This document shows positions 52,168-60,489 of a stretch of 64,000 nucleotides of DNA, piece after piece. The translations under genes were made by a program, and so were the position numbers. Source of the stretch: an uncultured Nitrospiraceae bacterium (GTDB lineage: Bacteria > Nitrospirota > Thermodesulfovibrionia > Thermodesulfovibrionales > Dissulfurispiraceae); assembly GCA_963727805.1 (NCBI GenBank), contig CAVSHF010000005.1:128001-192000 (forward strand). Direction: 5' to 3'. Numbering within the stretch: the first letter of the stretch is position 1; every line of letters starts with the position of its first letter. Under the pieces are notes generated by a model. It searched no databases. It worked only from the letters and a program-made list of their open reading frames with translations, and was not told where the DNA came from.

Positions 52168-53045
52168 AGATTAAACCTCTCTATATTGCCGTCAGCAATT
52201 TTTTGGATTGCAGCCACCTCGGCAGTCGGGGTGCCCTTTTTAAAAAGATTTCTAAATCTACCCTGCAACTTAAGGTACTCTTCTACCGGCTTTTTGACAG
52301 GGACCTTATGAACAGAGATTATCTTACCTTCCCTGATCTCGAAAACAGGGAAGATACAGGTTTGTTTGGCCAACCGACATATCTGTACTGTCAGATCGCC
52401 GGCATGTCCCCATCCAAGAGGACAAGGGGCAAGTATATGAAGGTATTTCGGACCCTCTATTGAAAGCGCAGTCTTCACTTTGCGCTGCAGGTCACGATAA
52501 TCATCAACTGTAGCTGTAGCCACATAAGGGATGCCATGATCGGCTGCAAGCAGGGGAATATTTTTTTTGAGTCTTTTATTGCCGCCGGGTGTTGTGGTCG
52601 TCCTCGTCCCAAAAGGTGTGCTGCCGGAACGCTGCACTCCGGTGTTCATGTATGCTTCATTGTCATAGCAGACATAGAGCACATTGTGGCCTCGCTCGAA
52701 CATGCCGCTCATGCACTGAAATCCTATGTCGGATGTGCTGCCGTCACCGCCCTGGGCAATGATATTTACTGGTCCCTTGTTTAAGGCCTTGTATGCGACC
52801 TCCACTCCTGCGGCCACTGCGGCAGCGTTTTCAAAAAGGCTGTGCAGAAAAGGGATACGCCAGGAAGGATCGGGGTATGGCGAACTAAATACCTCCAGAC
52901 ACCCGGTGGCAACACAAGCTATGGTATTTTCACCTGCGGCGTCGGCTACAAGGCGGGCGGCCAACGCTTGACCGCAGCCGCCGCAAGCCCGGTGCCCACT
53001 GGCGAAAAGGTCTTTTTTTTCAACCTTATCAACATTTTCTATCAT
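52164..53045 (-). CDS. porB: 2-oxoacid:acceptor oxidoreductase beta (TPP-binding) subunit, PorB-like
   Basis: Motifs GHRACGGCG, ATGC, GGDG, DNEAYMNTG.QRS and PCPLGW. Confidence 0.9.
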   Translation of the reverse strand: MIENVDKVEKKDLFASGHRACGGCGQALAARLVADAAGENTIACVATGCLEVFSSPYPDPSWRIPFLHSLFENAAAVAAGVEVAYKALNKGPVNIIAQGGDGSTSDIGFQCMSGMFERGHNVLYVCYDNEAYMNTGVQRSGSTPFGTRTTTTPGGNKRLKKNIPLLAADHGIPYVATATVDDYRDLQRKVKTALSIEGPKYLHILAPCPLGWGHAGDLTVQICRLAKQTCIFPVFEIREGKIISVHKVPVKKPVEEYLKLQGRFRNLFKKGTPTAEVAAIQKIADGNIERFNL

Positions 53046-54217
53046 AGGTCTTTCTCCGCTATAGTTTCTTGTCTTAACCCGAGGAACTCCAGTTCGACTG
53101 ATTCTCTTTCCACTTTTTCAACCATGTACCGCAAATCGTCAAGGGAAATATTTCGTCCGCCAAGCCCTGCTACAAAACTGCTGATTTTGCGCGTTATTTT
53201 TTCACCCTTCGGAAAAGACCAGCGGATATCGCTTGCCAAAATGCCGCCCCTCCCCAATGAAATGGACTTTTCAAGGACAACGATATTGGTTTTATCCTTA
53301 AGAGTTTCATAAATCTCCTTCCTCGGAAAAGGCCGGAAGGAGCAAATTTGCAGCAGTCCGACCTTCTTTCCTTCCGTTTCAAATCGGTCAATCAGGTCTT
53401 TAATGCTTCCTACGATAGAACCCATCGATATAATTACAACGTCCGCATCCTTAAGTTTGTATGTCTTGAATAATCCTCCGCTCTCCCGGTTAAAGGCCCG
53501 GCTGAAATCAGCACTCACCTGTTTAATGGTTTCTTCAGATTTTTCCAAAGCACGGTGCTGGATATATTTCGTTTCCATGTAGAAACGCGGATCCGCATAC
53601 AACCCGAGTCCCCTCGGCCAGCGTGGATCAACGATATGAGTCGGTTTAAATGGAGGTAGAAAATCGTCGACCTGCTTTTGATCAGGAATGTCGACCGGCT
53701 CATAGGCATGGGTAAGAATGAATCCGTCCATGCAGACCATCACTGGCAGAGACAGTTGTTCAGCGATTTTATATGCCTGGATGTGTAAATCCGCAGCCTC
53801 CTGATTGTCCTCCGCATGCAGCTGGATCCACCCCGCATCCCTCACAGACATAGAGTCCTGATGATCGTTCCAGATGTTCAGCGGAGCAGCTATTGCCCTG
53901 TTGGCACATGTTAAAACGATAGGCAACCGCATCCCCGCGATGCAATATATTACCTCGTTCATCAGCAACATCCCCTGTGATGTCGTCGCTGTGTATGTGC
54001 GTGCACCGGCGGCGCTAGCCCCGAGAACTACCGAAGCGGCTGCAAATTCACTTTCGACATTGACAAACTCCGCCTTCAGACGTCCCTCGCTCACAATTTC
54101 TGCCAGATCTTCCACAATATGAGTTTGCGGAGTGATCGGATAAGCCGCGATGACATTTGGACGGCATAAAGCTACTACGTCCGCAACAGCCTGCGATCCT
54201 TCAATTTGTTTAAGCAT
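53042..54217 (-). CDS. porA: 2-oxoacid:acceptor oxidoreductase alpha subunit, PorA-like
   Basis: Motifs AYPITPQT, VESE, ATTSQG, NRAIAAP and DGFILTH. Confidence 0.9.
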   Translation of the reverse strand: MLKQIEGSQAVADVVALCRPNVIAAYPITPQTHIVEDLAEIVSEGRLKAEFVNVESEFAAASVVLGASAAGARTYTATTSQGMLLMNEVIYCIAGMRLPIVLTCANRAIAAPLNIWNDHQDSMSVRDAGWIQLHAEDNQEAADLHIQAYKIAEQLSLPVMVCMDGFILTHAYEPVDIPDQKQVDDFLPPFKPTHIVDPRWPRGLGLYADPRFYMETKYIQHRALEKSEETIKQVSADFSRAFNRESGGLFKTYKLKDADVVIISMGSIVGSIKDLIDRFETEGKKVGLLQICSFRPFPRKEIYETLKDKTNIVVLEKSISLGRGGILASDIRWSFPKGEKITRKISSFVAGLGGRNISLDDLRYMVEKVERESVELEFLGLRQETIAEKDL

Positions 54218-54764
54218 AGAGCTTCCTCTTTTGTATGATTTCATGCGCTCGCTCAAGGGCTGCCACATTGTTTGAACCAACATTGCCCGGAAACTTCTGC
54301 ATAATTGCTTGCTGAACTGCTTCCAGGCTCACCAGCCCGGTAATGCTGCAAAACGCGCCAATCATTATTGCGTTGGGAATTGGCCTTCCTATGATTTCAA
54401 GAGCTATCTCAGTGGCCGGTATAGTCTCGACCGTAGCCGTTGTATTCAATTTCAGTTCCTCGGGAGACTTATCCGTGTTGATCAGCACAAGACCGTTCGG
54501 TTTCAATCCCTCCAGAACAGGGACGGTTTCGATCAAATAATAGTCCTGAACTATGAGATAGTCCGGACTGCGGACTTCTTCCCTCAGACGAATTTTTTTG
54601 TTATCGATTCTCACAAAGGCCTGAACAGGCGCCCCAACCCGTTCAGCTCCGAAGGAAGGGAACGCCTGAGCAAATTTCCCGTCACGAAACGCGGCGATAG
54701 CTAAAAGCTCTGCCGCCGCAACGTTTCCCTGTCCACCCCGCCCATGAATTCTTATTTCAATCAT
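54210..54764 (-). CDS. porC: 2-oxoacid:acceptor oxidoreductase gamma subunit, PorC-like
   Basis: MIEIRIHGRGGQG and FGAERVGAPV; ATG 54764 follows GAGGTG. Confidence 0.9.
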   Translation of the reverse strand: MIEIRIHGRGGQGNVAAAELLAIAAFRDGKFAQAFPSFGAERVGAPVQAFVRIDNKKIRLREEVRSPDYLIVQDYYLIETVPVLEGLKPNGLVLINTDKSPEELKLNTTATVETIPATEIALEIIGRPIPNAIMIGAFCSITGLVSLEAVQQAIMQKFPGNVGSNNVAALERAHEIIQKRKLYA

Positions 54765-54873
54765 CCCTATCACCTCTGTTCCCAGGAATAAACATGATAC
54801 CCCCCCCGTTCTTATGAATAAATTGCAGAGCAGACGTATACACAATTATACACCTTTATTTTACAGGGAATAT

Positions 54874-56198
54874 CATTAGTGTCCGGTTAAAAATGAATAA
54901 GCAGCCCATAAGCATATGATTAACAATCGCAATCTGAGCAAAAAAGGTGGTGTCGATTTGAAATTGCATCTGCATATCAGTGATGGTTTCGGAACATGTT
55001 GTTCCGGAGGCACCAATGAATACAGGCAAGACCCTTTTTGCTCAGATTATGGACGTTCTCCCGTGGAGCACTTTTCATCGTATTGTTCAGAAATACAGCG
55101 GCGACCATCGTGTGCGCTGTCTTCGTTGTGCCGAGCAATTTCGAATAATGGCTTTTGCGCAACTTACTTATCGGGAGAGTCTCCGCGATATCGAAGCCTG
55201 TTTGTCGGCTCAAGCTGCAAAACTTTATCACATGGGCCTTCGAGGACCAGTCAGTCGCTCGACCCTGGCCGATGCCAACGAATCTCGCGATTGGCGCATT
55301 TACGCAGACTTCGCTCAACGGCTGATCGGTCAAGCAAGAAAGCTCTATGCCGGAGAGAGCTTCGGTGTGGATATCTCCAATACCGCCTACGCTCTGGATT
55401 CTACGACCATAGACCTCTGCCTGTCGATGTTTCCTTGGGCTCCTTTTCGGACTGCCAAGGCTGCCGTAAAAGTTCATACGCTGATGGACCTCAGGGGTTC
55501 TATCCCAAGCTTTATTCATATCTCCGATGGCAAGCTTCACGATATCAATGTTCTGGACCTGCTTATTCCAGAAGCCGGGGCCTTCTATGTGATGGATCGA
55601 GCATATCTCGACTTCGAGCGTCTGTATGTCCTGCATCAGGCCGGCAGCTTTTTTGTTACCCGAGCCAAATCCAATCTGAATGCCAGAAGACTTTATTCCG
55701 CCTCTGCAGATCGAACTACAGGCGTGATCTGCGATCAGACCATCGCCATGAATGGTTATTACAGCAGCAGACACTTTCCGGGCCATCTGCGCCGCATCCG
55801 TTTCAAAGACGCGGAGTCCGGCAAAACATTGCTGTTTCTCACCAATCACCATACCTTGCCAGCATTGACCATATGCTCACTATACAAGAGCCGCTGGCAG
55901 ATCGAACTGTTCTTCAAATGGATCAAGCAACATCTTCGCATAAAGCGTTTCTACGGCATTTCAGAAAATGCCGTCAAATCCCAAATCTGGATCGCTGTTT
56001 CCGTTTATGTTCTTATCGCTATCATCAAGAAAAGGCTCAATCTCGATGTTTCGCTCTATACGTTGTTACAGATCCTATCGGTCACCATCTTCGAGAAAAT
56101 GCCCTTGCAGCAAGCGTTTCAGGAAAATGGCACAGCATTAAATGCTATGGTAAATCGTAACCAATTGAATCTATATGATTCTTAACCGGACACTAGTG
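54874..56198 (+). mobile_element. IS4-family insertion sequence, intact, with 9-bp target duplication
   Basis: IRL CATTAGTGTCCGGTTAA (54874-90) and IRR TTAACCGGACACTAGTG (56182-98) match 16/17. Direct repeat AGGGAATAT lies at 54865-73 and 56199-207. Confidence 0.95.
55016..56185 (+). CDS. IS4-family transposase (DUF4372 + DDE)
   Basis: Motifs ALDSTTI, VMDRAY and YREK-type YKSRWQIELFFKWIK; GGAGG RBS; the stop lies inside IRR. Confidence 0.95.
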   Translation: MNTGKTLFAQIMDVLPWSTFHRIVQKYSGDHRVRCLRCAEQFRIMAFAQLTYRESLRDIEACLSAQAAKLYHMGLRGPVSRSTLADANESRDWRIYADFAQRLIGQARKLYAGESFGVDISNTAYALDSTTIDLCLSMFPWAPFRTAKAAVKVHTLMDLRGSIPSFIHISDGKLHDINVLDLLIPEAGAFYVMDRAYLDFERLYVLHQAGSFFVTRAKSNLNARRLYSASADRTTGVICDQTIAMNGYYSSRHFPGHLRRIRFKDAESGKTLLFLTNHHTLPALTICSLYKSRWQIELFFKWIKQHLRIKRFYGISENAVKSQIWIAVSVYVLIAIIKKRLNLDVSLYTLLQILSVTIFEKMPLQQAFQENGTALNAMVNRNQLNLYDS

Positions 56199-56378
56199 AG
56201 GGAATATATGAACAAAAAAAAAGAGAATAATGAGAAAGTCGATACTTTCGCTCCATTAGTTATTCTCTGTCAATGCATTATTTAATTTTATCCAAACGTG
56301 CCCTGCGTATATTGCCCGCGCGTACAAAATATCTCCCTACAGGGCCCCCTCCCATTTGCATCCACTAACTCTCACAAA

Positions 56379-57908
56379 TCATCTCTTCTGCAAACCACCA
56401 TACAATTCTTTAACTTTTGCTCGGTCTGCTGTACCGTCGCTTCGAACTGGAATTTTCGATATAAACTCCACATACTGAGGCTTTTTGTAACTGGCAATCT
56501 TGGAAGCGACGAATGTGACCAGCTCTTTGACAGTCAGGCTCATTCCTGTCTTTAACTGGCATACAGCTTTGATACCCTCTTTCCATTTTGGATCCGGCAC
56601 CCCGATGACCACACATTTCTCAACCGCCGGATGTTGGAGTACAGCATTTTCGACTTCTGCCGGATAGACGTTTTCACCACCCGGTTTGATGAGTTCTTTC
56701 TCTGGCTTGCGTCCCATATACCATAAAAAGCCTTCATCATCAAAGCGGCCGAGGTCTCCCGTGTGGTGCCAGCCGTTGCGAAAGGTGTAGGAATTGTCAT
56801 CCGGCAGGTTCCAATACCCTCGAAAAACCATTGGACCTCGCATGATTATTTCTCCCGATTGTCCCGTGGCAACCGGCTTATCAGCATCGTCCACCAAATG
56901 CAAATCTCCGAGAAGAATAGTTTGCCCTGCCGTGCCTGGGCGATCATTATAAGGACTGACTGTCGCCAGACATGAAGTCTCAGTCTGACCATACATGCAG
57001 TAAAACGTCCCTCCAGAAATCTCCTGATATTTCTCTATGGTGTCAGGAACGTCCAGCCCGATGACGGCTCTCAAAGAACAAATACTTTTCCCCGATTTTA
57101 CCTGCTGCTCTAAAATGTTGGAAAGTATAGGTGTGAAGTCGAAAAGAAAAGAGGCTTTCTTTTCTTCGATGAGACTCACCGCCTTCTCAGCGTCAAATCT
57201 GCTCATATTCACATTTAGTGCCCCGGCATGAAACGCACTAGTCGCAGTGCACAATCCGGCAACGTGAAACATGGGCAGCAGGTTCAGATGTACGTCGGCA
57301 GGGGTGATTTTTAAATAGTGATTGAAATGCATGTTAGAACACAACACATTATCATGACTGAGCAACGCACCACGAGGTCTTCCAGCAACAGCCGCGGTAT
57401 GAATAATTACGAAGCCGTCATCGGAAGAAGTATCTGCCCGAGTAAAATTACCATTATTAGCTAGCAGTACACTGAAATCCTCAAACCCCTCAGCTCCGGA
57501 CTTGAGGCTGCAAAAGGTCTTCACCGTGAAGAGTCGATCACGGCATTCATTGATCGTGGCATGATATTCTGGACTGGCAAAAATGATTTTGGGTTCGCAG
57601 TCATTCAGATTGAACATAATTTCATTGACGGAAAGTCTCGAGTTCATCGGCAGCATGATGGCCCCAATAGCTGCTGCGGCGCCATACAGAAGAAAGTATT
57701 CCATATTATTTTTACTGAGAACACCTATGCGGTCCTTATGCTGAATCCCGAGTTTCTGAAGGCCGCAGGCGAGACGATCCACTTGCTCTTTATACTGAAC
57801 AAATGTCAGTTCACGGTTGTCGTCAACTTCACTCCAGGCAGGTTTGTCTTTATAGCAGACTGCGTTGCGACAAATCACATCGTAAAACGTCAAATCGTAG
57901 AGTCCCAT
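56379..57908 (-). CDS. Acyl-CoA synthetase (AMP-forming), substrate unknown
   Basis: Variant P-loop IHTAAVAGRPRG; motifs YGQTE, HTGDLG, IKPGGENVYPAEVE and YKKP. Confidence 0.9.
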   Translation of the reverse strand: MGLYDLTFYDVICRNAVCYKDKPAWSEVDDNRELTFVQYKEQVDRLACGLQKLGIQHKDRIGVLSKNNMEYFLLYGAAAAIGAIMLPMNSRLSVNEIMFNLNDCEPKIIFASPEYHATINECRDRLFTVKTFCSLKSGAEGFEDFSVLLANNGNFTRADTSSDDGFVIIHTAAVAGRPRGALLSHDNVLCSNMHFNHYLKITPADVHLNLLPMFHVAGLCTATSAFHAGALNVNMSRFDAEKAVSLIEEKKASFLFDFTPILSNILEQQVKSGKSICSLRAVIGLDVPDTIEKYQEISGGTFYCMYGQTETSCLATVSPYNDRPGTAGQTILLGDLHLVDDADKPVATGQSGEIIMRGPMVFRGYWNLPDDNSYTFRNGWHHTGDLGRFDDEGFLWYMGRKPEKELIKPGGENVYPAEVENAVLQHPAVEKCVVIGVPDPKWKEGIKAVCQLKTGMSLTVKELVTFVASKIASYKKPQYVEFISKIPVRSDGTADRAKVKELYGGLQKR

Positions 57909-57941
57909 TTTTTACCCTCGCTTAACTATAAATATTTATGT

Positions 57942-59624
57942 TCACTGTATATACGGCTTCTTGCGAAGGGCCTCATCGAGGAGCTTGTCCCTCCCGTAGA
58001 TGTCATTTCTGAACTGCAGAGTGTCTCCCTCATCAACCCAGGCTGTGAGGTACAGGAAATGAACATTTACTGACTGAGGGATCTGGACGATTTGCTCAGT
58101 ACCTTTATCCATCGCAGCGATTAAGGTATCCCTTGTCCAACGAGGATTGTCCCGCAACAGATACTCGGCCAGCTCTACGGGTTTTTCAATGCGGATGCAT
58201 CCGTGACTGAAAGTACGCACATTTTCTGAAAATAGTCGTTTGGCGGGGGTGTCATGGAGGTAGACATCATAGCTGTTTGGAAGCATAAACTTGAGCTGCC
58301 CAAGGGCATTCAGAGGACCGGGCTTCTGGCGAAACCTGTAGCGTAAGGCCTGTCCAGTCACCTTTGACCAGTCTATGGTATTCGGCTCTATTTCACGTTC
58401 TCGAGGTCCCCTGCCCTCCAAGACTTCAATGTTTTGTTCAGCAAGATAAAGAGGATTTTTCTCGATCTTTTTCAGGATCTCCTTCCGTGCAATGCTATCC
58501 GGAATATTCCACGAAGGATTGATTACGATGTATGTCATCTTCGCTGTAAAGATAGGAGTGCTCTGGTAAGGCTTCCCTACCACTACTTTCATGGAGAGGA
58601 TCGGCTTATCCCTTTCAATAAGATACAGTTGAAAATCCGCGATGTTGACAATAATATAGCGCTCCTCTAGGATACCAAGTATCCAACGCAGCCTTTCCAT
58701 GTTCAATTCCATTTGACGTATCCGTTGCTTCAGGGGAACGTTGAGAGCATTGCGTGTATCTCGCCCTACAACGCCATCGGCTTTAAGTCCATGGCGTTTC
58801 TGAAAGAGGGTTAACGACTGTTCCAGCCTGTCATCAAATATAGCACCTCCTGTTGCCTCATCTGCCCTTAGATCGCCAGAAGCAGCAAGCCTCTTTCTCA
58901 GTTCTACAACACGATCGTACTTAAACCCCTTTTTCATAGAGGGGCCGGCCGATAACAGTGGCCATTCGCCCTTTAATGCCAATTCCCTATAATGTGCAAG
59001 GGCACTTCTGAGTCGGGTATAGATGCCCTTTTCAGGGCGTAGCCCTATCAATGCCTCACGTATCTGTTTCTTCTTGAGTGCCTGCTCAAGTACAGAAGAA
59101 ACATCAACCTTTCCACCTTTTGCAAACCATTCTGACGCAACCACCACAGGGTTCACACACCCAGCGGAAAGGTGACACCCGAGAGTAATAAATGCATCTG
59201 TGAGAAGTAAGTCTAGATCGGCAAGACGGTTCGGTCCAAGAGATAGTTCCCCACCGGCATTATCCACGAGAGACCTTATACGGGCAAGGTGATAATAAGC
59301 AGGCGACAGTCCATCACCATAGGCTTCATCTACCGCTGTCATGAGCATCTCAACTTGCATCAGGTGGCTATCATGGCTCCATGCGGGCTGATAGTTTCTT
59401 CCCTTATAGAAGCTCTCCACTAGGACCGCGGAGTATACTTGCTCTCCCCAGATAGTTTTTTTTGAGTAGGCAATTCCTCGGGTTATTCTCTCTTTTATGT
59501 GCAGGGCAACTTCGGTATCCGGAACCGGAATATATGAATTTAGTTCGGAAGAATCACTGTTAGTGCACAAAATAACGATTACAAAAATAAGTGCAGCAAT
59601 TCCCTTATTTATTAGAAAACTCAC
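57942..59624 (-). CDS. L,D-transpeptidase, YcbB/LdtD-like
   Basis: Scaffold and PG-binding domains (FQKRHGLKADG); NPSWNIP and YLHDTP..FSHGCIR. Confidence 0.9.
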   Translation of the reverse strand: MSFLINKGIAALIFVIVILCTNSDSSELNSYIPVPDTEVALHIKERITRGIAYSKKTIWGEQVYSAVLVESFYKGRNYQPAWSHDSHLMQVEMLMTAVDEAYGDGLSPAYYHLARIRSLVDNAGGELSLGPNRLADLDLLLTDAFITLGCHLSAGCVNPVVVASEWFAKGGKVDVSSVLEQALKKKQIREALIGLRPEKGIYTRLRSALAHYRELALKGEWPLLSAGPSMKKGFKYDRVVELRKRLAASGDLRADEATGGAIFDDRLEQSLTLFQKRHGLKADGVVGRDTRNALNVPLKQRIRQMELNMERLRWILGILEERYIIVNIADFQLYLIERDKPILSMKVVVGKPYQSTPIFTAKMTYIVINPSWNIPDSIARKEILKKIEKNPLYLAEQNIEVLEGRGPREREIEPNTIDWSKVTGQALRYRFRQKPGPLNALGQLKFMLPNSYDVYLHDTPAKRLFSENVRTFSHGCIRIEKPVELAEYLLRDNPRWTRDTLIAAMDKGTEQIVQIPQSVNVHFLYLTAWVDEGDTLQFRNDIYGRDKLLDEALRKKPYIQ

Positions 59625-60193
59625 CAGGTTCTAAATCTGCCGGAATCCAAGTGGACAAAATTTGATTCCTTATAATAGCCAACACCACCCAATTTCAAAT
59701 TAAGTGCCTCATCCCTGAGTTTGCAGAGGTCCACACCGGGTATTCTTATATCAATTGCTTTCCCCGCTAAATGCAAACTGTTTTTAACAACATGTCTGCC
59801 CTCATTTATTAGAAGCTTATTATATTCGGGTGACCTGAAGCCGGAAATTATGTGGATTTCGTTATGACTTCCACATCTCTTAGCTACTAGATTTACGAAT
59901 TCAATCATATCCGTATCCATATTGAGTTCTTGTCCTGTATAATGACACCTCAGAATCCAGTTGAGCTGCTTTAATGCATCAGCATCATATTCGCCCGATG
60001 AGTTTCTAAACTTTACTGTGAGTTTGTCGTTAGTGTGAATATTCAAAAGCGTAAGCTTCCCTTCGGGTAACGTTCTTCTTGCATCAGAAAAAGCCGGGCT
60101 AGCACATAGCGACGAAAAGGCGACGAAGGATGCTTTTAGAAAAAACCGCCTATTACATAAGTGATCAAACAACGTTTTTGAGTAAAAGTTCAT
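59621..60193 (-). CDS. Tat-exported DUF882/YcbK (MepK-like) M15 peptidase
   Basis: Twin-arginine NRRFFLK; motifs SGFRSP, SLHLAGKAID and GGVGYY..FVHLD. Confidence 0.9.
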   Translation of the reverse strand: MNFYSKTLFDHLCNRRFFLKASFVAFSSLCASPAFSDARRTLPEGKLTLLNIHTNDKLTVKFRNSSGEYDADALKQLNWILRCHYTGQELNMDTDMIEFVNLVAKRCGSHNEIHIISGFRSPEYNKLLINEGRHVVKNSLHLAGKAIDIRIPGVDLCKLRDEALNLKLGGVGYYKESNFVHLDSGRFRTW

Positions 60194-60489
60194 GATTCTC
60201 CTCCAAGAATGATGCAATCATATCATTTTAAAAAAAGCTAGTTTCAACATATGCTATTTGGTTATTATGACATACATGTTACTCATAAGTTAAATCATAA
60301 TTATTTCAATCCTTAAGTACCCATTGGTGAGTAGCATCCCAGAAGACCGTTCACCTTAGCCTAACACCACCGCATCGAGTGTCAAGCTGCCAATATGTCT
60401 GAGTGCGACAAATTGTGCCAATAGTTTGCGTCATCCCAGTCCAAAAGCCTTGTATACTATCGTTTTGCCCTTGCTGCTATAATACTAGT

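Noticed and set aside
54940..54946. A6G slippery sequence in the IS4 leader
   Set aside because: The AAA-AAG frame is closed by stops at 54935 and 54959, so it cannot plausibly link the two ORFs by -1 frameshifting.
54977..55852. 291-aa antisense ORF in IS4, and other long antisense ORFs (e.g. 9480-10175, 24949-25650, 34907-35707, 42134-42778)
   Set aside because: They are shadows of well-supported genes on the opposite strand with no recognisable motifs; such ORFs are common by-products of codon bias.
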